Below, in pieces: positions 11,283 to 35,820 of a DNA stretch of 62,014 nucleotides (position 1 is the first letter of the stretch; every line of letters begins with the position of its first letter). Location of the stretch: the NCBI RefSeq assembly GCF_002571385.2, contig NW_019217855.1:262926-324939 (forward strand), read 5' to 3'. Position numbers and translations under genes: made by a program. A model generated the notes under the pieces. The model ran no database searches and was not told the origin of the DNA. It saw nothing but the letters and a program-made list of their open reading frames with translations. This DNA is from Stylophora pistillata. Taxonomy: Eukaryota.

Positions 11283-13814
11283 CTATGAACTTGAGAACTT
11301 TGCAGCTTGACTTCTGACTCGTTTCTCATATTCTGATCTGTTTTGGCTGAAAGTAAATTGAAGAAGTACAAATATCAATTTTAACTAAAACAATTGTTTA
11401 ACATGTTCAATTGTGAGCATCTTTTGTATTTACTAAAAAACAGCTACAAACAGAAGAATATCACAAAAACAATTGGTAACTTAAGGGTGAGAAACAAAGG
11501 CGAGGGTAGGCATGAAGTATGGAAATGTGCATTAAATGTCATAGATTGTTTTTTATGTTAGTTTATTTCTTGAGTAGCAGTTGTACCCCTGTTCATTTAA
11601 TATACAACAAGTATCTGAGGCCTAATGCTGGGAGATAAACCAACCTAATGTAAGCATTCCACATGAAGACTCTAGATTAAGAGGCAATGAGTAAACAAGT
11701 CATGTTAAAGAACAAACATATTCGCTGGGGGGTTTTTATCTTGTTTTAATTTCTAATTTTCTTCACTTATTTCAAGGAGTTCAAGGATGGATATTCTCAC
11801 CAGTAAATGGTGTATGCTTCTGCTTGAGCTGGATCTCTTATGTTTGGATCATTCAGTAAGTCTTGAATTCCCAATAAAATCTACGAAGTTAAATTTTAAT
11901 AGAAAGAGATAAAAATGATGGAAATTATTCAAACAAAACCAGTGCAGAGAAAAAAGCAAATGTGATTAACTAATTCTTTATATATAACTAGCCTTGAAAG
12001 TTCAATTTCAATGTAAGGAAGACAACATTACCACACAAAAAAAGTTACAGAAAAATAATGGTCATAGAAATTTTTTTGAAATTTCACTCAAAACAGACAT
12101 GAGGATTTAACAGGTACTTTTTACTTCCCTGTGATTAACAAACTAGTTATTTACCTGTTTTATAGTGACGGCAGGTCTCCAGTCTTTCTCTTCATCTAGA
12201 AGAGACAGACACACTGTGCCAGATGGGTATACATTAGGATGGAAAATTGGAGGATCAAATTTACCTGCAAAAAAATAAATGGAAATTGTACAAACTATTG
12301 AAATGTAAAAACATCACTGCTTTGAAACATTATACTGGTTGGCATTTATTGGTAATTCAACTTCTGTTTGTGCCAGTTAATCAATAACAACCTTAATTCA
12401 CTGGTGGCATCTAATCAAGTAAACATGATAAATGAAGTTTTGCCCTGTTTCAAATATATCTTTTCTTTGCTCTGACAAAGGGCTAACGCTCGAAACGTCA
12501 GCTTTTGTAATCTTTTGTAATCGTTACAGTGGCCAATGAACCATTTCAACTTTGCTGATATATCCAAATTATATCTTTTCACAACTTTGAAAAAATGTTA
12601 TGAATTTTTTACATAACTTTACCGTCAGATTAAAATAAATGCCAAATATATGCAAACTTGTTCTTGTCAAAAACAGGAAGTAAATGAAAGAAAAAGGAAG
12701 TTTTCATATCCAAATATGATGAAATTGCACATTCCTTAAAAAGATAAATCATCATGCCCCAGATAAAAATTTCTTGAAAATCAGTAACATCAGAAGGGGA
12801 TAACTCACACATATCTATGTTGTTCTGGACAGCAGTCATTAACTAAAAAGTGCCGTTAGTACGTGAAGTTAATAACAATGTTATTACACCACTCTTCCCA
12901 TCGTCCTCCTTGGACTAACAGATCAGAATAGAAACGCGAATAAAAACATATATTTTACCAAAAGGTCAAAGTTCTTACATTTTGGCGGAGAGGATGGATA
13001 GTCGTCTTTAAATATCATCTTCAATTTGAAAGAGCCTCCTTCCCATGGGGTCTAAAACGAAGTGGAAATGAAGCATCTTAGAAAGTGTTTCGCTTACTAA
13101 CCGGCTTTTCCCGTAATTGCAGATAAATTGAGTTCAATAATTGTTAGACATCAAATCTTAACGATCAAACCTTACACCTTTATCCGTTGACAGTTGCTAA
13201 ATTAATTTTTCCAAAAACTTGAAGTAAATAAATTAGGTTATCAAAATAAATAATAACAAGGCTTGAAAACATTCTCGTTGATCTTCGAATACCGAGACGA
13301 AAATGACAGCAACCTTCACGAGGTTAGACACGAGAGGAAAAACAGCCTAATCAGTTTGATTAAAATCGCTAGATACATACCGCTTTCTTTCCTGGGATCG
13401 CTGTAGGCAAAACAAAAATAAGTTTAATTATCACCGAGGAGGCAAATAAAAATTTATTTCGTTTAATGATTATCAATCAAAAGCATGGCATTGTATGTCG
13501 AGTCAACGGATCAGTTTAGAAGCTTTAGCCAGGATGAGATTGTGAATCATGAAAAAATATTTGTACATCCCACGTACCACATTCCCAGTTCATCAGATTT
13601 AGAGTACCATCAGGATTTTTAACCGGTTTGGCCACAAATCCCTTCGAACAAAAATACTTTCGATTAGAAAACCAAGTAAATTCATTTGGTAAAATCGATC
13701 TATTCAAGAATTTTATCTTAGAGGAAATGGGAATGTCGCGTAACTTACGAAAGGATGGTCTTTACGCCAAGCTTTTCTCTCTTCTGATAATCTGCCCAAA
13801 GCAATGCCAGACAT
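11283..13814 (-). CDS. UBE2I: SUMO-conjugating enzyme Ubc9, 158 aa
   Basis: Seven exons: 13814-13749, 13641-13578, 13400-13381, 13051-12979, 12264-12155, 11880-11801, 11346-11283; total 477 nt. [28 protein letters not shown]...[16 protein letters not shown] (catalytic Cys)...[32 protein letters not shown]. Confidence 0.97.
12468..12572 (+). mobile_element. Penelope-like family A fragment with degenerate hammerhead
   Basis: gctCTGACAAagggctaacgctcGAAACGTCagc followed by family A sequence; inside a UBE2I intron, antisense to the gene. Confidence 0.7.
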
Positions 13815-14089
13815 AACTAAACGAAATCAACTTGCTAGAGTCGAATTTGCAGTACAAAAGAAGACAATAAAACGCAAAAACTAATCGGACGTTGTACAGA
13901 AGTCATGCAATCACTGTCAACTACGACTTTTTCTTTCGATGGATCACGTGACACACTTCGCGCGCTGCAAACATTGCAACCCATTCCTTTTCAGGTCAGC
14001 GGATTCGTTTTCTGTAAAGCCTTCCGTAAAAATAGTTTTCTTCTTTCAGAATGTTTAATCTGCTCTTTTAGCCTATTAAAATCACAGAT
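13815..14089. promoter_or_regulatory. Bidirectional promoter region UBE2I / PDPK1
   Basis: Divergent ATGs 275 bp apart; palindromic E-box TCACGTGA at 13944-13951 near the midpoint; locally CpG-richer. Confidence 0.65.
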
Positions 14090-25440
<11,351 letters not shown>

Positions 25441-26439
25441 GTTAGTACATTATGAAAGACGAACAATCTGAACTCCTTTTCAGAGCGGTTTTCCAGTGAC
25501 TATCGAATCATATTAAAAACTATCTTTAAGTAGTTGTTTGAGCCAATCAGAATGCAAGATTTTTTTTTTTTTTGGTTTCCTCGTTATGTTTCTCACGTGA
25601 CTCAAGTTTTCGCCCTTGGCACCATGCAGTTACTCTACTTTCCCGCTACCTTGCCTCTTGATTACCGACTCGTTTTGTGACTGCTTTAGCCTAAAATCGA
25701 TTCCACCCGCTGTTCGTTGAATGAGCCCACGCTCCTCCGAGATTGAGAAATCGTCAGAAATTGAACTTAGTTTTTAAAGTTTCAGAGATGCCTATTAGAA
25801 AACCACTTTGTTAAACTCCTACTGACATTTACTACAGGTCGATTTAGAAAGACTTGTTGACATTGTAAAGAAGTCTCATGGTCTGATTATCGACTATTCT
25901 CCAAACGCTTGTAAAATAATAAACACTATTAACTGCCGTATTGTGCCTTCACCAGAAAAGTGGTTCATATTAATGATGTTATCATTTCACTGAAGTTTAT
26001 TTCGTTCTCCTGTTGAAGTGATTTCCTCAACAGCCTTATTTGAATATGTACTCTAAGGTACAGTACTCTTACGTGACAACCATCGCGTGACTATCTGAAT
26101 AACGGCTGTGCGGGAATCTACTACTTGAGTAAAAACTTATCTGTATACAATTAAGATTACCTAGGTTAATTCATTTATTGATTTTGATCCATGTGTTCTC
26201 TGCATACATAAATCAGCGCTACTATGGAGAATATTGAAGATTGTAAAACTACAAAAAATAAATTAAGTCTTGAATAGGTAATAAACGATTTGAAACTATG
26301 GAATTCATGTTGACGGTGTATTATTTTGAGTTTTAATTTCTTTATCTTCGTGGCTGATAAATCTATCCTGCTAGAGAAAGCCACAGACAAACCACGCTGT
26401 AAAGAAAAATATCCGTTTCACGGTCTCTGCAAATGTGTC

Positions 26440-26760
26440 CGAAGTCAGAGAAAACCATCCGAAAGCCGACGGACGACACGGAAGTGTCTCTGAAAAAGTC
26501 TCGTATTGGACTCTGGAGCGTCCGCAATTGGACGGAAGAAGTCGAGAACGGACAGAAGAGTAAAAAATCGGACGATAGCGTTCAAAATCGTACGAAAGTG
26601 TCCAAAATCAAATGATAGCGTCCCAAATTTGACTGGCGTGTTCGAAAACGTACGAAAGTGTTTGAAGTCGTATGAGAGTGAACGAAAGCGGGTGATGGAG
26701 TCAGGAATTGGAAGTGTATGAATTCGGACAGAAGTGCCCGAAAACAGACGGATGTCAGCC
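26440..26760. repeat. Degenerate 20-bp CpG-rich minisatellite
   Basis: Units at 26549, 26569, 26589, 26609, 26629, 26649, 26669; consensus near CGGACGAAAGTGTCCGAAAT. Confidence 0.65.
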
Positions 26761-27574
26761 AACATGTTTCGAATGATTTTCATTCAAATGAGTTTTCCCT
26801 TGTTGCATTTAAATTATTTACAGCAACAGCTTTCCTCGAACTGGAAGGTTAACGGAAGATTACCCACATGACATCCATTCACCCAGCCCAATCTTCTCAT
26901 TCGCCTTTTGACCTCCCACTTTCTCCTCCCCACTTAGTACTATTTTGGCAGAAAGTGAACATGGCGATTTGTAACAGATGGTGAGACAGCTGATCGTGTA
27001 AAGTCCCACAAAACAGAGATAAAGGCGATAACAATACACAATGCCACAAACACTGAGAAAGCGGTGGTTCTAAAAGGTAATTTTCACCAACTGACGTCAA
27101 ATGGAGGCGGTTTTGTTTGATGCGAGAACTGAAACACAAGGCGATTTAGCGGCGAAGAGAATTTCTCCTTCAAAGGGCATATTGAAAATTGAGTCCTTAT
27201 GTAACGCGCAAAATTACAGTTTGCGTTATTTGGCGAGGCAATTAACTCGTGTTGGGGGAACAGAACAGCTGTTTGAGGGAGTTTGTTTAATGTAATCGTG
27301 AAAGTTAATGGTTCACAGTGTAGCGTTCATAATTTGAGTGTGGTTGGACAATTTATGCTGACTCAAGGCTTGTGATAAACAGTCGGTATTGTATTACAGT
27401 TGATGAAACTTTGATTTACTCATAATCAGCATTTTCACAACTGCACGAAACAAGAGAGCTTGCCTTGCTGTACCAAAGGCCTGAGTGAATCTTAAATTTC
27501 TTTTTGCTGGCAGTCGATCGCCACTTGAGAGGCTAATTTGGATTACTACATTTGAAACAATTTCATCCACCAAA

Positions 27575-30500
27575 ATGGCCACAAGATCGACTGATTCCAG
27601 ACCTTTAATGGAGATGGACCCATCGACGAGCGAGGAAATCGAAGGAGATGCAGTTACAGAGGGAAAATTATCGACTGGTGACGCAAGATCTCTCTTTGAG
27701 GACAGCAAAGAGCCACCGGAATCTGCAGAAAAACAACCACTCTCTTTGAAACGACGGATCGCCTTGGTAGGCGCATTGTTGCTGTGTGTGTTTACTATAT
27801 TTGCATTTGCTTTTCTTCTTCCTTGTCATAAACCAAAATGCCAGAAGCTTCCAGTGTGTCCTGGTAAGGGGCACCTGACAGCAGGGAACTGGACTCACCA
27901 ATTTGGTGGTATTATTCCAATAGTGACTTCCCTGTTAGATGTGACAGGAGATGGTAGGCCAGACGTTATAGTTGAATTTGACATTGAGGCATTGGAGTCA
28001 ACAGACTCTTCATTCTTGAGCCAACTTTGCCAGAACAAAGATTGTCGTGGCAGTGGTATTTTGGCTCTGCATGGATCATGTGGTAATAGTCTATGGGTTT
28101 TCAGTCGCAATTCCTCCTTGGGGCTTTTGGCCTGTGAAAAGATTACTGAGGGCATTGATGTAAAAAACAACCAACATTGTGTGTTCATTGAAGAGAAAAC
28201 AAATATTGTGCTTTTCAACTCTAAAAATGGAACCACCAAGTGGAAATCATCACTTGGTGGTAAAGTTAGTTCATTTAAGTTTGTCAATGATGTTGATGGT
28301 GATGGCCAAAAAGACATTGTTTTGATTAATAAACTTTCTATTGGTGGCAGTGAAGGTTATATCAATTTGGTATCTGGCAGATTAGGGAAAGTTCTTGGCA
28401 ACTCTATACCTTTATCTGGAGGTCATGATAGTAACAGTATCCTTGCTACTCACAGTCTCCCAAGTAAACAACAGTTTGTTATCGTTTGTACGTTATCTCA
28501 TGAGAAGAACACAACATCTCTTTGGGCAATGTCAGTCCATGATTTATTTGAGAAAGTAACACAGCCAACAAAATCAATTCCAGGCGAAGCGTGGGGAAAA
28601 CATATACCAAACCCACACACCGGTTTTATCAGTATCTTAAATGATGCTGTTATCTTAATCCAACCGTTGCTAACAGATCTGGATGGTGATGGGGTGAAAG
28701 ATATTGTTTTTGTAACTAAGGAGAATGACACCTCTCTTTTGGCCATGAATGGCACTGATTTGGCCATTGTGTGGAAAATGGTAGTACCTTCCGATGCAGT
28801 TATTCACAAGTTAGTGTTTCAATTTTTTAACTCAACTGTTGCTTAAAATGAATATAGCCTGATATAAATGTTTTTGAAAAAAGAAAATTTAGATATGAAT
28901 GGAAAGGGGCCATTGTGTTGTGTTTTTGGGGTCTTGCCTGAAAGTAACAAAATTACCCTCACTGATGTTGTTTCTAGAAACTCAGATTCTGCTCTAAATT
29001 ACTTCTCCTCGCACTTGCAAGCTGACTACAGCTGCAGTAGTCATCACAAATCCTTGTTTAGAATTCTGTGGCCAACAAAGTAAGTGTAGCAAGTGAGGTG
29101 GTTCACTGTTGTTGTCCTCTTTAGGTAACATTCTCCTTCAGCAGTTTGTTAGGTAGTATGTATTTCAACTCCTTGTTCAAAGGACTGTAAGAATAAAGCA
29201 TCCTCCCCCAAGATTTCAACTCAATGACCCTTTCCAGTGTTTGAAGTTGAATATTTCAAACTAAAGGTTAGTATACCTATTGTTTGATTATCACACCAGA
29301 AATGTTTGATCCAAGTTTCTTGTTCTTCTTTATGTCAGGCTGTTTTCAACTCCGTACTCCGTTAAAGAAAATTTGACAGACATTGGATTGTTTGTTGCTC
29401 ATACAAACAGTTCCTCCTCATTGCTAGTAATCGATGGTCGCACTGGGGGTATAAGTTGGTCTTTTCATAGCAGGACTGGTCTTGCTGTGGCACCAGTTCC
29501 TGTGCCAGGACTTAGTGGCGCTCAACATGCTTTTGTGATATGGCTGCCAAAGCTGGAGGCTGTGACACTGATTTCTAAGTCTAGAAAATCCAGAGACATT
29601 TCACATCAAGTAAATGGTTGGGTTCCTGGTGATGTCAGTCAAATGATGAATGATGAATATGCAAGACCACAACCAAGAAAGTTGTTTTCAGTTAGTTCAG
29701 ATTTAGTTAAGAAAAACAAAAAAGATAGGTTTTCTTCCAAATCAGCTCTTTTATCTGCAGCAGAGATTGATAATGAAGACTTTGCTAATTAGAATAAATT
29801 TGATAGCAAAGATGAATTCGAAAAAGTAAGAAGTGATGACCTGGCCTTAAAGGAATTTGAACTTTATCTTTTAAAAGACAGTTTAGAAAAAATTGAAGAT
29901 ACCAGTTTCATTGAAAAAGAGCCTTTCAGCTCAACGAGGGAAGAAAAAAGAGCTGACACAAAATGGCTTGGAATAAGGAAGGAGAAGTCTTCTATTATAC
30001 ATAAGGGAGGTTTCCACCAGCATGCAATTCCATTTAGGAAGGAGCAGAGACATAAAGAAGGTGTCAGTGGAGAGGAGAATATTGAATTCAAGGCAGATCC
30101 ACATGTGCAGAATGATCTGGAGGAGCAACTGAGTGGTCTGACAAATCATAGGAAAAAGCAGACTGTATTGGAGAATCATCGAGCAAGGGCACCCCTTGCA
30201 TCAGCATCAAAAGACTCCTCATTCCTGCAACCCAGACAGGAATTTCTTAAGGAATTCCCTGGGAGGCAGACAAGGATAGAAAACCAAGACAACGAAGTCA
30301 ACATTTTGCCAGGGAAATCCACTGTCACCCAGCAATTTCACTCTGAATATCACAGAAAAGAGTATCCAAAGTTGGAAACAGTTAAAAAGCCATCTTATCA
30401 TAAGCGATCAGTGACTTCTTTACCCAAGTGTGCCAAGAGTTTTGGTGACGTTGCAGATGCTTACGTGGCTGTTCTTTTGGTGAAGAGTGTTGATGGAAGG

Positions 30501-31321
30501 CAGCTGTTAGCTGACATAACAGAGGAAGATCCTCTACATTTGGGTAAGTGGTGGGCCAGAGGTCTGGGGAAGAGGGGCATGGAGTGGAGGGTTTCTCCCT
30601 TTTGTTAAAATTACATTTATTGGAAGTTCTAACACCCTGTACATGGCCATACAGCCTTGTTTTGAGTTATTTTACTTCTACAGGCTTCTAACCTCCCCTC
30701 CTTGTCCCACCCCCTCCTCCCCTCTCCTTCCTTTGGACCATCTATAAAAATCAAAGATGGCAGCTATGATTTTCACCCAGAAAATACTGAGTGTTGCTCT
30801 TTAAAATTACACCTGCCCTGTAGGTTTAGAATATTACTAAATGATGGAACAGAAAAACAAAAGTTGTCATTTTCTTATTTACTTAAAAAAAAGGGTATGA
30901 GCAAATAATGCAGATTGATGAATACACAAGGTTGATGTCTACAATATTGTTATCGGCGAACCTTATGCATGACTACACTTGTCTGATGATGTCAATTCTG
31001 GGCTCTGCCTGTTCTATTTCAGGTCCTGAGGACTACAAAAGCTTGTTTAAGACCAGGGAAGGTGACAAGCAAGCGAAATCTTGTTTACGATTGGTTCCCC
31101 ATATTGTTTCACAGCCTGTGATTAGAGATTCTTATGAAGGCTTGGATCTAGTATATACAGTCAACTTTGTTTCCAAGGATCACTCGTTGCAAGTGACAGA
31201 AATAAGAAAAATGCCAATGGAGGCAGTCTTTGAACTCCTTGAAGGTATCTCGAAAGATACCAGACAGCAGCAGACAAAAAGAGGGATTGATTCTTTCAGG
31301 TTTCCAAGTGTTTGGAAATAA
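27575..31321 (+). CDS. FAM234-like type II membrane protein with FG-GAP-type beta-propeller motifs; one in-frame TAG at 29790-29792
   Basis: Exons 27575-28809, 29339-30543, 31023-31321 are phase-compatible. Acidic cytosolic N-terminus, KRR + TM helix (IALVGALLLCVFTIFAFAFLLPC), DVTGDGRPDV, DVDGDGQKDIV, DLDGDGVKDIV, IDGRTGGISW. Family assignment is from motif resemblance only. Confidence 0.75.
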
Positions 31322-31914
31322 TTTACTCCCAAATTGAAGAGTTTTGCTCAAAATAGATTGCAGGATATGTTAATTAATGATGGTGTGATAATTAGATTGT
31401 AATCATAAATATGTTTTTCATGATAGCAATGGAGACTGCTTTGCACATTGGAATTATTATTTTGATATTACTCATTAAAATCTGGAATAGAATGAATTGT
31501 GATATTTATTATAAGTTACAAGTCATTAAATTATTTATCCCATGACGACAGGGAGAAGTAGGGAATTTCTGTACAACTGATATATATGCTATAGAATTTA
31601 GGTTTAAATTAATTCAAACAAGTTTAACCTGTATTTTTCATCATCTACAATTATGATGATGTACTGTATATGGAATAAAAGGAGTATATATATAAAGGAA
31701 ACCAGACCCTTTCTTAGTTGTTCAATACCCTCTCTTAGTTAAGTTGTGCTCAACTTTAGGAGTCCTTCATGTTATTACACTAAATCTCCCACCAAATTAT
31801 TTGTAAGACCTTACACTCTGAAAGGACTTCTGGCTGGTCCTCTGTGAAAACACCCACTCCAGAAAATATGGGAAGTGGACATTCCACAAGGAGACTCTTC
31901 TTGTCCACTATTTC

Positions 31915-32775
31915 CAGGTGGAATTGGAATTTAAAATGTTGGTTTTAGTGGAGGAAAGCAAACCAGAGGACCAGGAGATAAACCCTGTGAGCAAGGACAA
32001 GAACCAACCACAAACTCAGCACATGTGCAGAGATGTAGATAATAGCCGGAAGCCGGGAAAATTACCCAGCTGTGAAAGCGATTTTTCCGGCTGTAAAGCA
32101 CCACTTCTTTCTCCAAAATGTTTTTAAATGTTGTCAGAAGATTGAACTGAAAGGATTGTAAACACTCCATTTTGTGCAATGATTGCATCATCACATCGGG
32201 TAGAGCTGAATAATGAAATGCTACGTCAGAGGGTACGCGGTCAACAATGCGGGCTCTAAAGTCCTTGGTCTAAAATTGAGCGAAATTAGTGGAAAATAGT
32301 AAGGGCTGCCTTTTAAAACCTAGGAACTCTGTTTTTGCAGAAGGGACTTTCCTATTTCCAGAGGTTTTAAGGAGAAAATTAATTTTTGAAAATTTTTAGG
32401 GGGTGTACCAAGTTTTTGAAGGTTGTTCTGTAAAAGAAAAGCGGCAACGAAAACGACGCCTCAAAGCAACAGAATAGGATATCAACCATGTTTCTGCGGC
32501 GAAACCTAACGTATGCGTATACGTTATTCAGCTCTGTCATCATCGCATCATCCATTTTTGCAGGCTCGATGGCCAGCGGTATTTGTACTTCATGTATGCG
32601 AAATAATGAATAAAAACACCCAAACACCCAAGCTCAAATACCCACCTATCATTACTAGATTCCCGCCTGTTAAAAACTTTAGCTACATCCCAGCACGTGA
32701 CACCAGTTATAGGAATCAAACCTGGGCCACAGCACTGGAAGGCAAGTATTCTCACCACTGTACCATTCTCACTCA
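31915..32775 (-). mobile_element. SINE (family S1) split by a nested DNA-transposon-like insertion at 32028-32693
   Basis: SINE 3' half at 31915-32027 and 5' half at 32694-32775 match 54155-54350; insert ends cagagatgtagataa ... ttagctacatcccag are an imperfect TIR. Confidence 0.7.
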
Positions 32776-34361
32776 CCTAAAGGGTTTTTAATTAATAAAT
32801 GTAGTGCAGAAGAGCAATGTAAATTAACAAAAGAAAATTCTCCACTTTTGAATAAAAACTATTCAAGGTTATTGAAATTTGGAAAAAGATTTGTGAGTGG
32901 TAGCCAGAGAAATCTCTCCCCAGTTTTCCAAAGTATCAAAACACACAAAGTACTGGAAATAATTATGGCAAGAGAAATACATGAGTGACTAACACTGTGT
33001 GGTGGAAGACTGAACCCAGTCTTGATGGTTAAAATACTGAATTCTTGATGATAAGTTCTGCATTCAAGACTTGGTTAGGGTGACTGTTGGGGTCTGTATG
33101 GTGTCCCTTTGCAAGACTCTCCACTCTTAGAGAGTGCTTGTCTTCACCCAGGGGGATGAACAGGTTAATGATCTGATTGTGACATGAATAGCACTTAAAA
33201 TGTAAATTCAACTTTATTTGAACTGGTAAAAAGAAATAAACCACAATGCAAACAGATTTCAAGGACGACTAAAAGATATTTTTGAAAGTAACCCACCTCA
33301 TTACATCTTATTTTTTGGTTTCTTTTTATAATAAATTGTTCATTGAGATTGATATATCCTTTAGCCTGCCATACAACCCCTATCACTGGAGGTCTGAATG
33401 ATTTTCATGGCATTTATGCACAATGATATTGTTCATTAAAAGGTCTCCCCACGCATTTTTTACACCACAATTTTCATGAATCTCTGCCCCTTTCTTGTTG
33501 TTTTCATTGATTTTTCTTTTGATTTGAGTGTTTTGGAAATTATCTGTGATAAAAATTTGCCAAGCAGTCTGCACCTTGAGCAAGGCTTGGTAGTTCAATT
33601 TGGTATTGTGACACATACAGTGTGCATGCATGGGGCCTATTATAAAAATTAATGTACCAGGCACCCAACATGTTTTCAACAATCCATGCACAGAGAAAAG
33701 GAAGCCTTGATGCATCTGGGTTCCAGTAATCCTTTCACTTACAAGATCTCAAGAGAAATTCTTCTTACTGTCTGCTAGATGGTTCTTAAGATGTTAGTTC
33801 GGAAAATGTGGTGTTGGATTGACTTGTAATCCCCTAATTGATATTTTCCTTTCTTCTTGTCCCTTGGCTGATTGGTATTTTATTGAAATTATAAGGAGAA
33901 ATTCTGTCTTGATCACTTTTGGGAGTTGAAAGGGTCAAGAGGTAACAGTCTTGTTGTAATCTCGCATCTTCAAAACTGTGCTTAACACAAATAAATTATA
34001 ATCACTGTGTAATACACCCAGAAAATTTCTGCCTTGATAGGGGCATGAATCACATTTTTCTCTACTTTGAGACCTGCTCCAAAAAAAAAAAAAAAGACCA
34101 GTGTCTGGTACTTAAAGGTGATATGCATACAGTGTGATCTTCACTCTTTGAATGATGTTGGCATGGCAATGTCACAATTTATACATTGTTTGAACACCAT
34201 CATAAATAAATGTCAATTACCCACTGCCCCATGAGGTCACATGGTCAATATTGACCTCTTCAAAACTGACTCCAACCCTGAACATTTAATACCTCATCAT
34301 GATCTTTTCTAAAACACTTTACACCATATGAATACTATCACCATAAAAGTACCACACTGTA

Positions 34362-35820
34362 TTAACCACAATACCAGTTATAAAGCTTCCAGCCACAGTA
34401 AACCAAGGCACAACCTGCCACCACATTGTGAAGTCTTTTGCGGTACTTGTCATCTTTTCTTACCAGTACAATAGGAGATGATGATGTTAGGCTACTAAGA
34501 GGTAGCTTTGCCAACTTTCTAGTGTCATATTCAACTTGATACTGGCAGCAAGGATCGAACTGCCATGATACACCATACAGTGCAGCACAGAAAACACTTA
34601 CTCCACCAAATACATAACAGGTGGGCTCTTTGACAATTCTGGGAAGCACCCAAGGACTAATGAAACAACCAAGTCCACAAATAACAGCTGTTTTGTGTAA
34701 ACAATTCCCAACTTGGATCCAGCGAGCTGTTTCTTCGCCAATCATTGTTGGTTCAATAACAATCATGCCACACTGTGATTCCAGGGCTCTCTCCAAATCT
34801 GCCTCAAACTGTTCACGTGCATCCTCAGAATCATAGATTTCATGTATGATGACACACCCTCCTTCAACCATATCGTCACTACATGTGAGAAGATAAGAAT
34901 GAATTTTACCAGAGGCGTCTGATTTATTATTAAAATAAAAATTTGTTAGTCCTTTCAGAAATTAATTTTTGGACAGGCTTATTCTTAACTAACTTACTTT
35001 CTCGTAACCTTCAAGTTGAACAAATTGGGAATTTTTACAAGGCTCTAGAGTTACCCAAGCTACCCAAACAGATTTGTTGATTATCAAGGCTACTTTCTAT
35101 ATATTGTATTGTTTCATTTATGTGCTATATCTCCTTATAGAAAAATGTAAGTTTCTCTGTTTACACCTGCTTTTGCTCATAATGACCACAGGCATGATAG
35201 GTAGTGAAAAAGTCCATAAGCTATCATTAACAGCTATTAGAAAACATTAAGTTATGTCTGTTTTGTAAGAAGCTTATTACATTTTTGTGAAACTTTGAAT
35301 GTTTAGATATCAGATACTTCTGTGAAATATCTGGTATTTACATTACGCTAGATATCGTTCTACATACTTGATATTAAATTGTGCCGAACGAACTTAATAT
35401 TAAATTCTGTTGATTTCAGGTCAAAGTACACACGAAACACATACATGTACAGCTTCGAGAATTTTGCAATAATAAAGGAAAAAATGGGAGGAATTTGTAG
35501 AAAAATTTACATGGAATAAAGAGAGGGATCTTTCGTATTACCTACAGATGTTCACCAACATCGATACTGAAATTAAATTTGCAACGTTGGCAGCTACAAA
35601 TTACAAAATGACTTAATTAATTACCTCGATAGACGATCAGTTTAAATATTGCAAATGGACGTTCACAAGATTGACTCTAACTTTGCTAGCTGCCTAAGTT
35701 GAGACTTCACTTGCATTTGTAAGAGAGCTAACTCTCAGAGAATCTAAGAGCACACGCGAAAGAGAATATGATCAGGTTTCAAGACAACAGCCAGATATAT
35801 TACCTCATTCCGTCCGCCAT
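34362..35820 (-). CDS. TMEM11: Transmembrane protein 11, mitochondrial, about 177 aa
   Basis: Exons 35820-35804 (MADGMS) and 34878-34362. IIHEIYDSEDAREQFEADLERALE, IVIEPT.IGEETARWIQVGNCLHKTAV, YGVSWQFDPCCQYQVEYD, VLVRKDDKYRKRLHN. Confidence 0.95.

Noticed and set aside
26440-26760. CRISPR-like array or coding ORFs
   Set aside because: Contiguous degenerate 20-bp units with no unique spacers, no cas genes, eukaryotic context.
27895-28317. Antisense ORFs over the FAM234-like exon
   Set aside because: Shadow frames of a real coding exon with no recognisable motifs.
29790-29792. Selenocysteine or pyrrolysine recoding
   Set aside because: Codon is TAG, not TGA; pyrrolysine is not known in animals; no SECIS recognised.
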